From NCBI GenBank assembly GCA_043228905.1, contig JBHGNT010000017.1, forward strand, positions 2,480,001 through 2,544,000: a DNA stretch of 64,000 bases, in the 5' to 3' direction. Positions 11,483-24,300 of the stretch are shown here, in pieces (positions within the stretch are counted from its first letter, which is position 1; each line of letters opens with the position of its first letter). Under the pieces are notes generated by a model that was given only the letters and a program-made list of their open reading frames with translations, did no database searches and was not told the origin of the DNA. A program made the translations under genes and the position numbers. The DNA is from Azolla caroliniana. Lineage: Eukaryota; Plantae; Polypodiophyta.

Positions 11483-11650
11483 GAACTTTGTATTGTATGC
11501 ATTTTTACTCCATGGACCATGAAAGCGTTGCATTGCGTTCCTCATCTTCCAACCCATTTTGAAGGCGAACTTTGTATTGTATGCATTTTTACTCCATGGA
11601 CCATGAAAGCGTTGCATTGCGTTCCTCATCTTCCAACCCATTTTGAAGGC
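11483..11650. repeat. Perfect 84-bp tandem duplication just 3' of the RLP stop
   Basis: gaactttgtattg...ccattttgaaggc occurs at 11483-11566 and 11567-11650. Confidence 0.95.
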
Positions 11651-11726
11651 CTAGTCCGTTTCCTTACCTCTCTAAGACTCCATATATGTATATGCTCTTA
11701 ATTTATTACATTACCACTCTGGAATG

Positions 11727-11785
11727 TAGGGGTTGAACCCATGACCTCTTGGTCTCCATTCGACAACCTAACCAAGCTACAAGCA
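11727..11785 (-). mobile_element. 59-bp tRNA-like/SINE-head retro-insert with 12-bp TSD
   Basis: The minus strand carries an A-box-like TAGCTTGGTTAGG and a B-box GGTTCAACCC. The insert is flanked by the direct repeat CACTCTGGAATG (11715-11726 and 11786-11797). Confidence 0.6.
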
Positions 11786-11799
11786 CACTCTGGAATGAT

Positions 11800-12130
11800 T
11801 AGCTTACCCTGGTAAGTTGTTAGACTACTGCCACTACATCTGTAGTACTCAATACATCTCTCTCTCTATCTCATATAATTCTACATGGTATCAGTAGCAA
11901 CAAAGGAGCTCAATCCCACCAACAAATATGCTAATTGATGCTAATTAATCATGTCAAGCATAGGAGCATTATTAACGAATATGACTCAAATGGCTACCCA
12001 ACTATAATCTTACACTTATCATATTGAAAAACTGTAATGAGAAAAATGATTAAACATGGCATATGACTATAGAGAGATCATATTTGGACACTAGAATTTG
12101 TTAACCATGGTTGATGGAACCAACTTACAT
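11800..12130 (+). mobile_element. Possible decayed LTR end + PBS(Met) + gag start
   Basis: ...ttctaCA is followed by TGGTATCAGTAGC at 11886, close to the iMet PBS TGGTATCAGAGC. A degenerate ...MVDG segment follows. No second LTR was seen. Confidence 0.35.
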
Positions 12131-13495
12131 GCAAAAATTCATTACCCCACAAATAAATGCAATTAATCGTGTTGGTCTTGCATTTGGCATATCCTTTTGC
12201 CATCTCCTTTGCTAGAAAACAATTTAAGCGAATTAGTTTCTCTGCTTTAGAAAGGAGTGTTAATCAGTATACTTCAAGGAATAAATCTGAATTTATATAG
12301 AATATCTTGGTCGATAATTATTAATAACGACATAATTAATCAACAACAAAGAATATTATTTTGGCTTAGGAGTGAGAATAATACTTCACGAACAACATGT
12401 TTCCAACTACTATCTTAACAGAATTGTATTAATGTTTGGGTGGTTAGTACATAAGTGATCTGCAGAATTGCCCGGAGTCAAAAGCATTACACTCAAATTA
12501 TGGACATCTCTATAAATACTTAATGCTATAATTAGCAAAACAACAACCAATAATTAAAATACTGCAAACAAAATACATTTACTTGACCTTTGGAAATCAT
12601 GTCTTTGCAATGAATGGGGCCTTCAATGGGGCCTTCACTTGTAAAATATGTAGAATACGTAGAATTTTCAGCATATATAGAATACATGAAAATTTGAAAA
12701 ATGGCAGTTCTAAAACATAAAATATGTGTAGAATGAGTATTCTAAAACCTGTTCTAAACGTAGAATACACGTTTTTTAACTACCCTCAATCCACTAGTTC
12801 AGAAAACAAAGTAAAATCCATACCAGTTCATGATCCTCTACCATGATAAACAAGCATTAAAATCATACTTCATTATCCTTTTCCAAAATATTAGCAATGT
12901 TGAACTGAACGGCTTTGTATGGGAGATGACAAACCACTAGATTGATACATGGCCACCAAGGTTTACAATCCTATTTTGTTGTGCATAGGTCATGATATAT
13001 GGAGATTATCAATAGATCTTCCACGAAGTTCGTCAACCACCCAATGTAGAGACATTACATAGGCAGCTCAAGTCAGTATCCTTTATAAGGGACAAACAAA
13101 CACCACATTGTACCTTGGGCAGTCAGTATCAACTTTTGTCTCATTCCATCCTTCACAATTTCAGAAGTTCCACAGCATGGTAGTTTATCGCACAACTCAA
13201 ATGGTTGATAGTTGGCTTCATGGCAAGTTTACAGAAATTTAAAAAACATAGCACTTCATATAGACTCTTTCAATAGACAGGATGATAAAGTTGTTAATTA
13301 TACAAGGCACCCATGTGCTTTGGTTCTTGTTTTCTCCTTCTACTTTCACTCATCCACCCAAATCTATACCAAAAAAGAGAAGCCCAAAACCCTATGTGTA
13401 GTTCTCATACATTTTGCAGCCATGTAGATGCCATAAGCACCATGCAAAAAACTCACCACCCAAAGAAGGATATATTTCATCAGATTTCACACAAG

Positions 13496-13897
13496 TTAAC
13501 CAGGCCCAACCTTGGGGATATCATAATGCTCACTTAAATTTGCAAGATACTGGTTGAAATCTTCAATCCGATCCCTATGCGATTTCATAGCTACTCTTTT
13601 CAGGCGCTGTGCATCGAGCTCTAATTTCTGTTGATGATACCTTTTCTCTGCTGCAGTACGATGATCCTCGTAGGGAGGTTCTTCATCACCGACATGTTGC
13701 CCCTTCTCTGGCTCATCTATCATGGTTTCTTTCTCATTCTCAGTGATAGGAGAGTGTGTCTCCTCGTGTGTCGTCATTGTAAGCTGCTTCAGGTAATGTC
13801 TTTCTCTCTTCTTTTTCTTTTTTATATTCCCTAACTGAACATCTAATTCCTTCCCTTTGAGCTTAAGCTTGCCTCCAACCACATTTTGATATGACAT
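13496..13897 (-). CDS. FAM32A / DUF1754-like small basic protein, 133 aa
   Basis: MSYQNVVGGKLKLKGK...KKKKK...DHRTAAEKRY...KSHRDRIEDFNQYLANLSEHYDIPKVGPG matches the conserved termini of this family. ATG at 13897. Probable upstream introns at 13911-14417 and 14435-14524 (GT...AG, inferred). Confidence 0.92.
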   Translation of the reverse strand: MSYQNVVGGKLKLKGKELDVQLGNIKKKKKRERHYLKQLTMTTHEETHSPITENEKETMIDEPEKGQHVGDEEPPYEDHRTAAEKRYHQQKLELDAQRLKRVAMKSHRDRIEDFNQYLANLSEHYDIPKVGPG

Positions 13898-15633
13898 TGC
13901 CGGCCAAAGACTGAAAACAAAAGACCCCAAAATACATTAGCAATATATGCGCCTAAATGTGATTGGCCAAGCATTTCAAGCATCATGAAGAAGTCTCCAA
14001 CGTTGTTTTTTGTTAGAGAAACAAGGTGGAAAGAACAAAACCAAGTGGAACAAGCAGAAATGTCGAAGGGCGCAAGAAAATCACGCCAATCCGAGCTAAA
14101 GCATTTTAGATGCAAACGTAAAACCATGACAAAAGAAGGTAAAGGCAATATTCAACATGAAGACATCACAGCAGTCTGTATGCATTGTATCCTCACAATA
14201 TCAGTAGTAAACAAATAAAGAAGAAGATCAATTTCAAATAAAAGACACATAAACGGGAACTTTACGACGTAGACTACGTCTTAGAGAATAATACTCAAGG
14301 ATTGGAGATTTAAATTACATTCCTTCTGAACTATGCGCAGAAACGAACTTCATTTATTTGCAGACATACATGATGTACAAAATCCTCCCTCTCTCTCTCT
14401 CCAGTGTTTAGGGTTACCGCATCTATATTCTTTTCTGCAGACATAAGAAGACATTGGTTCCCATGCAGCACGGGAGGCAAAGAAGAAAAACAACAAGGAA
14501 TAGGAAGATTAACGACAGACTAACCTCGATGACTTGGAGGTCGATGGGGAGGGGAAACCCTCAGTAAGGCATCAAACGGTCTCCCCTGCTGCTGCCCACA
14601 GCCTAAACAGAATATGTTTATGTTATTGTCACATTCTTTACCTCGCTTTATAATGACCAACACACACATATAGATCTTGTTTTGTAAACTTCCTTGATTA
14701 CATGGCATGTGCATTGTGAACAGAATCATGGGTATGCCAATGAGCAAGATGGAGATGGCGGGATACAATTGAGATTGAAAAAAACCGGCCAATCTTCCTC
14801 CACGCCACTATTCCAAAAGTGTGATACGTCCATCTTTTCTCAGTTACTTTTGTGTCGATGCGTCAAAGTAGGCATTAAATTGTCAAGTCTTCATGCGTTT
14901 TTGTAAGCTTTTGTTTGTTCTAGTATTGAAGAAGAGATTTGATTGTATCAATCGTCAAAGCGAGAAGAACACGTGCCATAGCCATAGTGTGGAAGGAAGC
15001 AAAATGATTTCCCACAATGTTAACAATGTTTTGTTTAGAAATCAATGTTATTAATTTCAACTCATAGCTTCTGGAAATGCATTTCTTGGCAAATAGTTGT
15101 TTAGGTTGGCCAATACAAATATGTAAAAAACTCACATATGCCTCATCATAATTGAATCCACTTCCATCACCAACTACTATGGTCATGACTCATGACAATG
15201 ACATTGTTGAAACCCAAAGCATCATAGTGAAGTTGGCATCAAAAACCTCTTTTGTGCCACCAAGTCGATGGATAATTAACTCAAGGGTTGAAAGCAATGT
15301 ATGGAATGTTTTATCTACAAGGACAATTAGTTTGCCACTACATGGAATGTGAGGTCTTGTCATGAACAACAATAGAGATCAAAACAACCAAGACAATTTA
15401 GAAGGCATTAAATTTTGCTTGATATTTAATAAACGAAAACTTCAAATAGCAAAACCACTTATGAGTCCAAACATCAAGATATACATGTCATAAAAAAAAC
15501 CCCAAAAAACAAACAAATAATGATAATGCAATTCGGATGACATCACATCACATCCTTGCTATACACACACGTAACATGGGTGAGGGTAGGTCACTAGTAT
15601 TTACAAAACATAGCGAAGGGTATGTTTAACTAA

Positions 15634-16235
15634 TGTTAGAAAGGAACTAATGTGATTGGATAGAAAGAATGATAGATGTATGGATAAAGTGTGAGGGTTA
15701 AACGAGTGTGTAAAGAAGGGAAGGATTGCTTTTAATCCTTGGGATTGAGACAACCCATTAGGGCCAAGTGTGAACTTGCCTAGGGGCCTTAGGTCTGGCT
15801 ATAAATATGAGGCCTAGCTACCCTCATTTGATAATCTCTTGATTATTCGTCGCGACTCTAACCTTGTGGTGGATCAACTCTTGTAGCAAGCAGGCAAGTA
15901 CCAGGTATGACTCGACGCCACGATAGTGGTATGGGACGCCGATCGAGGCTCGAGTCCGTCTCGATCCCTTCGCTCAGGGGTGGTTGGGTGGATCGGCACC
16001 CTTCTTTCTGTCTCTCCTTATCTATTTATCTATTTTATCCTTATCTCATGCTTACATTAGGATATAGCTCTAATATGTATGAACTATAAAAGGGACTAAT
16101 GTGATTGGATAGAAAGAATGATAGGTGCATGTACCATTATGATCTTGACAACCAATGAATACAAAGTCTTTTAGAAAAGCACATTTATAAGGGGCCTAGG
16201 AAGAAGTATAACTATGAGGCCTAGCTAACCTCATA
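15634..16235 (+). mobile_element. LTR (same family as 33352-33816) plus a partial tandem second copy
   Basis: TGTTAGA (15634) to TCTAATA (16075). It shares a long block (gtgagggttaaac...gggattgagacaaccc...gatcgaggctcgagtccgtctcgatcccttcgctc) with 33420-33740. The 5' part recurs at 16089-16130. No TSD found. Confidence 0.7.
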
Positions 16236-16876
16236 AAACACATCGCACTAGAAGGTGGAAGTCTTGAGAGACATGTAGTGTAGGCTAGGCTTTTGTCGCG
16301 ATGATAGTGTTACCTTTTCTAAGGTATTAGTCATCCTAATATCCATTAGTATGGGATGACAATGGTAGAAAGGAGAATAAGAATTAAACATAGTGCATGT
16401 ACAAGAAATTACCTCTCTCATGATCAGTCAACATAACAAGGATGGTCAAAAGGATCGAGTTCTTCTATCCAATCAATTCACCTTTCTTTTACTTTTATTT
16501 GGTCTATTGATTGGTAATATCAGCTATTAACAAATCCCTTGTAGTGGTATTCATCCGATGCCATCACTAATATTTGTGCTAAATACAGATCAAACATCGT
16601 GTTGGTGACATGGCATCCATGAATATTTGGCTAAGCACATGGGTAGGCCAAACATAGTTGTGTTGGGTGATCACATTGTAAGTTTCACGCTCGTTCTAAT
16701 ACAACTAGCATTTTCCCAATTCCTAGGAAGGTCTATGGTTAGAGCCCAAGGAAGTTGTCTACAATTAAGTACATCAATTATTGCAAAATCCTTTTTCAAT
16801 GGGATAGTGGATCATTGTACATTGTCTTACATAAACACTATGAGCATCATTGTGTTAAGAATGGAACTTAAGTTCA

Positions 16877-17075
16877 AAGCATTGTTAACCATTCAAGAGC
16901 ATGTTTGCCTATGAGAATTAAGACGATAGTGAGTCGTTCACACTATCTGATTGGCACCAATTTTGGCAGCTTTTCCAACAGCAATGGAAAAGCATTGTTA
17001 ACCATTCAAGAGCATGTTCGCCTATGAGAATAAGACGATAGTGAGTCGTTCACACTATCCGATTAGCAACAAATT
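16877..17075. repeat. Tandem duplication, ~113-bp period
   Basis: aagcattgttaaccattcaagagcatg...gagtcgttcacactatc starts at 16877 and 16990. Confidence 0.85.
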
Positions 17076-18357
17076 TGACACTTTCAAGTGAATTGGAGGG
17101 TGCCCCTAGAACTAAAATGGTTTTACACATGGTGTGGCCTTCTCCAACCAAGAGTCGCACCAAAATGAAAATATTGCACGTGAATGAAACATCAGTCGAC
17201 ACTGATCCAACCAAGCATGCTTTTCTTCGGAGGGAAAGGGGGATTCCATGTCTTAAGAGGACACTTCCAAAGGAGGTGAGGAAAGCCACAACGAAGGGAA
17301 AACTGCAGCAAAAAGAGCTTGGGTCTGCGGTATTAGATCAACAATCAATCTCATTGTCATTACATTAAAAAAGCAAAAACTTTTCATGTACAGGACAGCG
17401 TCAGAAAACCTAGATTCCATTGGTAAATATCTCAACAAAGTATTCAATGTTCATCACGCGTTTAACTGAGCATTCGGTGGTAAAGCCAATGAAATGGCAA
17501 TTACTACCCAAGGGGTACAAGAACTTCAGCATGAAGTTGAAGTCTCCTATCTGCCAGCAGAATGCAAAGAGCTTCTTGAGACTTCATATTGCAATTCAAC
17601 ATGTAAACTACACATTTTCAAACCAATCACTTGCTCAGCATTTGATTTCTTCCACAGTTTTAGGTTTTGGGGGTATCTACCACATTCTCATTGGACCCGA
17701 AACTGGTCTCAAACCCTTGCTGATTGGTTAATGCTAGCAGTCAAAAGTTAATAAAGTCAAAAAGAGAAGAGCTCTTTGCTTTTCATTCCATGCTGGCTGA
17801 GATGGATGATAATCCTTTGGCCCTGCCTTTCCTTTCATGGTTGTCTTGCCACTGGTTGTCCTGGCAGAACCTTGCCATTCCATTCATGGTCGGGTTGAAA
17901 TCTGTGTCTAAAGTAAGAGTAACTAATATTGGACAATTTCTAGCCATAAAGCAACCTCATAATGCATCCATTTTCTGTGTGGTAAAGAATACTCCAGAGT
18001 AGATGGACAGTGAAACAATGGTGTATTTCTACAGCAGGTGTGTCATGTCATATTAAAAAATACTTGAGTAGCACCAATGAATGTGTAAAATAGTTAAAGA
18101 ATGAATAAGACATGAGGGAGCCAGGAAGCTCCCCCCCCTAATAGAGAATCAAAACTTGCATACAGATGCCTATAATGCATTTACATTCTGACGCAAATGT
18201 GATAAGGAGATCACATCAACCCAGATATAATGTACAACTGCGATCTAGATTAACATTGCCCAGAAACCAGGAGCTGAGACAAATCTCAAACTACAGAAGA
18301 TTAGACTGACATGACTCCTTGGCATCACGGTAATAGGTGCAGCAGATGGTGACTTTG

Positions 18358-21300
18358 TTAAATCTTTCTCTCTGCTTTAAAAGTCATTCCGAACCACTTC
18401 TTTTTGTTAGATTTATCTCTGTTGGGGGATTCCTCAGATGTGCCTGCCTTTTCTTCAACAGCTGAAGCTCCCAAATTGCTGCTATTGGAGTGTCTTTTCA
18501 TCTGTGGTACTAAAGAAAATGAGGCCTGCACTTTTTCTCTCGACTTCAGGAGGTCATCTACCTGAAATTCAAGCAATGCACAACTCAAATTACACTAGAT
18601 TCATAAAGAGCTAGACAGCAACTTCAATTATGCCCTGCACAAATCTGGGACAACTGTTCAGGGGCATGCAGGGCAGTAGTAGAACAAGCAGATAAAGAAA
18701 GGACACAATGCAATGACAAGCTTTCCTGTGGGAATCACACTACAACATAAGATGAAATCAGCCTCTAATAAAGCATATAATAAGTGGATGACGTAGCCAA
18801 AGATTCATTCACATTTCCTACAAAGGGATGGTGCAGATGCAAGTAGTAATACTGTCATAACATTACCCCTAAATGGAATGAAAATCATTGCAAGTTCATC
18901 CAGAAGTTAAGACAAAAAAAGAAAACGGTATCAATAAGCATGTTTTGTTATCATTAAATGGAAGCAGAAAACATACCAAAGTTTTCTCGTCTTTAAATTT
19001 TTTGCTGACTGCGGTAAACCGAGCTAGGACCTGCCAATATGCACAAATTACTTAAAAGGTTATACAGGAAGCACCAGAATTTGACAGATAGGAGAACATT
19101 AAAGTGGACCACAGCTGACCTCTTTATACTCTGTCTCAAATTGTCTCAACTCATTCTGTTTGTTCAACAGTTGGGCTTGAATTTCTTTAAGTTTCTCAGC
19201 AGAAGCTTTGAAGGATTCAACTGAAACTGCCTCGATTGTGTAGGTTGCACTTTTGAAGAAATTGTCACCTGACAATAAAGGCTAACATTCATGTTTATTC
19301 TTTCTTCAAATTTTGAGATAACATACAATTTCCTAATTCCCTTTACCATAAACAGCAAATATGTGTGTTCCTGCATGCAATTCTGATACTTCACATGGCT
19401 GCAAACCTTCAAGCTTTCTGAAGAATGCTGACTGTGGATCTTTTGCCATTGCTAACTAGAAATTTTTTAAAAAATAATGAGGGCATGAGGCCCATCCATC
19501 TGATAAAAAAGAACATTTCTAGTGAAATACAGTTTGAGACTAGAGGAGAAACTCACCGTAGTCATTGTCACATCTAGCCTATAAACTTTAAAGTGTAAGA
19601 AATACATTCCTGCAGACGTAACTTTCCCGGTCTTTACACTATTCTCCTGTAAAATTTAATCAGATGAGCAGCATATTATCAGAACCTGAAACCACTTCTG
19701 AACATATCATTTGTAAAGATCACAATAGGTAGACAAGTGGCCTCATACAAGCTACCAGGAAATAACAAGAAATGCCCAGAGAACATCCCGCTCACCATAG
19801 ATCTTACATTGCGGATGATACACCATTCAGAAAGAAGGAATATACGAAAAAGTGCTTTTTAAGCACAAAGACACACTACAAAGGCTCCAAGATACATTTG
19901 GATTGACAATATCCATGAGCTCAAATAAATGGAAGTGACGCCCCTTTTCATCTGCCATGAACATTTGGCATTTATGATCTTTATTATTGCCTTCCCAGTG
20001 AAGTGCTATTTTGTACTGGAACACTCAAAAAATCAATTTGAGTGTTGCATCATACATCCCATTTTTTCGTGTGCATCACTGCTTATACACAAAACAAACA
20101 ACTACACTTCATTTCTGCAAACCGGAAGAAACATGTTTTGGAGTTTCCAAAATAGAAACCTAAAACCAGCATTCAAATAATTAGGGTCTTCTGCCTTCCC
20201 TTCTCTTGTATATATGAATCCCATTCCATGGGGTGACGCACTATTTGTTGTTAAATAATGGAAGGATCCTTTTTTGGAGTAATTTATATACAGACAGATG
20301 GAAGGATCCTTTTTCAAAGTAATATCTGATATGCAGGTAAAACAAATTAAGCTTAACTCCTTTATAAAGGTTAAATGTTCAGCATATATAAACATCAATG
20401 CCTTGCTATAATTTGGCATATGGCAATCGACCAACATATCTACAATCCATGAAAAATATCTTAAAAGGTAGAGATCGAATAGGAGTCATCATCATCACTT
20501 TCCTTATAGAAGTTCTCCACATCACCATCATCATCATCATCTAAACCTTCCCCTACGCCAAATAGAAGCATTCCTTTAAGGAAACCAAAAATATAGCACT
20601 AATGTGACATATGATTGAACGTAAATGTTCATGCATCACAAGCCGGAGACTGGAGCTATAAGATCCTTACACACACAGCATGTTTTCACATGACAAGATC
20701 ATTGCTAGTTCCCTGTGAGTGATTAAGATTTTGAAAGGGCAAAGAGCATGATGTTCAATAAGAATGAAAGAAACAAAGAAAGATATGAGCACGTCTTTGC
20801 AGAACCGCAAAAATAAATGAAGCTAGCTACATAAGAAGTAAACAAGTTAGTGGCTAAGGAATCTCATTATCTATACAGGTAATATTCTCAAGTCACATGG
20901 ATTGTAATTCTGTTTTCAAAAGATCTCGAAATGGATCAATTCAGACGAGATATCTCAGAATCAAAGGAAGCACCTGCAATAGCAGAAGATAATGGCCTTT
21001 ACCTATCAATGGCAATGGTGGGGAGGTCGTGGTCCACATAGACAAGGTGAAATTAGAACAGATATCTCCAAATCGAGGGAAGCACCTGCAATGGCAAGAG
21101 ATAATAGTCTTTACCTGCCGATGACAAGGGTGGCAAGAACTTGGTCCATACAGCCAAGGTCTACACGCATGACACATTGTTATTGCCCAATTTATTGTAA
21201 TGACTTTGTAGTGCCCTGGTTGGGACCCCACGTGTGTAGGTGGGACCCCACTTGTGTAGCCCTTGATTGACTTGTAGCATGTCTGGAAGTGGTGGGGCTA

Positions 21301-24300
21301 AAGAAAGTTGTGATTGTTCTTCATTGATAAGTTTATGAGGTTGTATTGTTGACCTTCAACAAACTCGGTTCACACTATTCTAACTATGTTCACACCCAAC
21401 AGTTACTTAGCTAGGTTCACACTCTTCTAACTATGTTCACACCAAAGCTTTAATAGGATACACATTAAGTGTAACATGGACATACTAGTTTTGAAGACGG
21501 TGATGGTAACACTGGTAAAACTAATTTCCGATGTTAAATGTAGATACTTCAATCACAAAATGAGCCTCGAAATTGTATTGTATGGTTCAAGATACTTGTT
21601 TACATATAAATTTATTTCAAATATCTTTAACATTTTCACCAATATTATTGTGCCATGTCTTGATACACTATGCTATTACTAAAACCAATTTGAGAAGCTA
21701 TTTATGTAGTGATGGATGCTTCAATTACAAATAAATACTTTAGTTTATCAAATGCCAATATCCATTCCCTAACACCTTTTGAATTTTGTTCAGCTGGAAG
21801 GTATCTCACCTGGGATACCAAACCAAATCCATTGCTGTCTTCCCGTTCAAAGTACAGAAGCTGCAACAGAAACACTCAGAGCACAATCACAAGATAAACA
21901 TTTCAATACCTGATGTTGAGAATGCTAGATTTACCTTAAATTTACTTTGTGTTTGGGAGGTTACACGGACCACAATTCCAGCATTGGCTTCTTCCTCAGA
22001 GATAGTAATCTCATAAAAATGAGCAAGCTGTTTGTCCACCTGCAGAACAATAACAAGAAGAACTCTTAAATCAAAGAAAAAGATCAGATTCACTGATCAC
22101 AGAATGAGTGTTGTATAGAAACTTGCCCTATCGCTGACAGGTCTCCCCAGTGGAAGTGGCCTCACTGTTATTGTTCCATTGATTGCCTCTTCCAGTACAT
22201 AAGGGGAAATTGATGTCTTTATAGGAACACCTAGCTTGCTAAAATGGAAACATTGTTCAAAATAGATATATTGTGTTTCAGTGTACACACATGATCAAAA
22301 TTGAATTCATGTAAAACTGAATCGATTGCACTAACAATTTCAAGAAGCCTGTTCTCATAATATACCTGAATAAAGCTGCAAACATGGTGTTTACTGTCCC
22401 AAGATTTGAAAGGTCGAGCTCCATCCCAAGATCATCAATGTCTACAGCCTGGAATTAAATTAACAGACCGTGTAAGATCCATATCAAGAGCCCGTGACTC
22501 TGCATATATGTAGAATATACAATTTAATTCATCATCATATTGACATGCAGACATTGATAGGCACAGATCCACATCTACAAACACATAAGATATATGCAGA
22601 ACATGTTTTACTGCAGTCAATTAGAATTCACATCAATACCTTAAACTCAGACATGTCATATTGATGCCGTTTCTCAGGATCAGATAAAATTCCATATGAG
22701 TATGCACAAGTCACATATGAACATGTTTTACTGCAGTCTATTTGAATTCACATCAATACCTTAAACCCAGACATGTCGTATTGACATCGTTTCTCAGGAT
22801 CAGATAAAATTCCATATGAGTATGCACAAGTCACATATGAACATGTTTTACTGCAGTCTATTTGAATTCACATCAATACCTCAAACCCAGACATGTCGTA
22901 TTGACGCCGTTTCTCAGGATCAGATAAAATTCCATATGAGTATGCAATCTCTTTAAACATCTCAGCTGCCTCTGGGGTATCCACGTTTTTGTCAGGGTGA
23001 AACCTGTCAAGTAATATTTAAGTTTTCCTTTCAAAATACAAGAGCAAGGACACATGTGTAATAGATGTTCTTTTTCTTCAGTTAAAAGAGAAAATTGTAC
23101 TCCGAGAATGATGGGTAGCAAAATACAAAATCTAGTAATTAAATCACTAATGGAAAATTGTAAATATAGAATATATTGATATTGTATCCTAGAAATGCCC
23201 ATAAGGCTTCGATGCCAACACTCCAAGACAAAGAACTTCAAATCATTTTGATGAGACTCCGCTATAAATATAAAACTGACCAATAATATTCCTTGAGATT
23301 GAGCTATCTAAAACTGAAACTGAAACGCATTCTACCTAAGATAATCACACTAGATGTTACTCGTGGGGTGTAGTGAGCAACGCGTGTCATGGAAATATTT
23401 CCAGCTTCTTATTGAGTTTCTGCAACCATCTATTAGGCAATACTTGGCTGGCTATCAGGTACCACTTCGTTATCAACAGTCCTTGTGGCCAGTGATTGGG
23501 TAACACTAGCCAGCTCAGCTACTTAGCGAGGGAAGCTGATCATGAACTGATCAGGAATAAAAGACTCCCCACCTTCTGGTTTCCATGTAGTTTCATACAT
23601 AGGTGAGGTGATCGGCCAAAGGTGACCAGGGTACATAGTCAAGCACAGCTCAACACACTAGGTAGCTTAATCACACACATAGCTTAGTATTTAGTTCCTT
23701 ACAAAATATTTAATCATGCGATAGTTAGATAATAAATAGGTAGAAACATATAATATCTACAAGAGAACACTCAACAATAATTAATTCCTTATTTAGATAG
23801 AAGAGAATGGCAGGGAGCCAACAAAGCAACAAACGTAATAATTAATCTTCCTTAAAATCTTCCATATTTTTCCTCTTACAAGATGTTATAGAGTGACTTG
23901 TATAGATGTGGGTGATGGAGGAGAGGTCGTGCCTCCATCACTTGCATTGTCCAAAGACTCTTCCTTAACAAATTCTTAATGAGCTCAGATCAAGTGTCTT
24001 TCTATATCCTACAGGGAAACTAACATCAAAATGTCATAAATGACCTCTTGTACTATTCCAGGAATTAACTTACATAGTGTGGTTATAGCCAAGCCCCATA
24101 ACAAAAAGCTCTTTATAGATAGGATTTAGTTGCAAAAGCCCGCCAAATGGCCAACACCTAACATACCTTGGGATAGTGACTTGGATACGAACGAAACAAA
24201 ATCAATAAAAGTTGTTGTGGTAATGGCAATCCTATGAGCCAACATTAAAGGGAATGGAATATTTTGTCATTCAATGCATATGATAAGTCAGTTGCAAATT

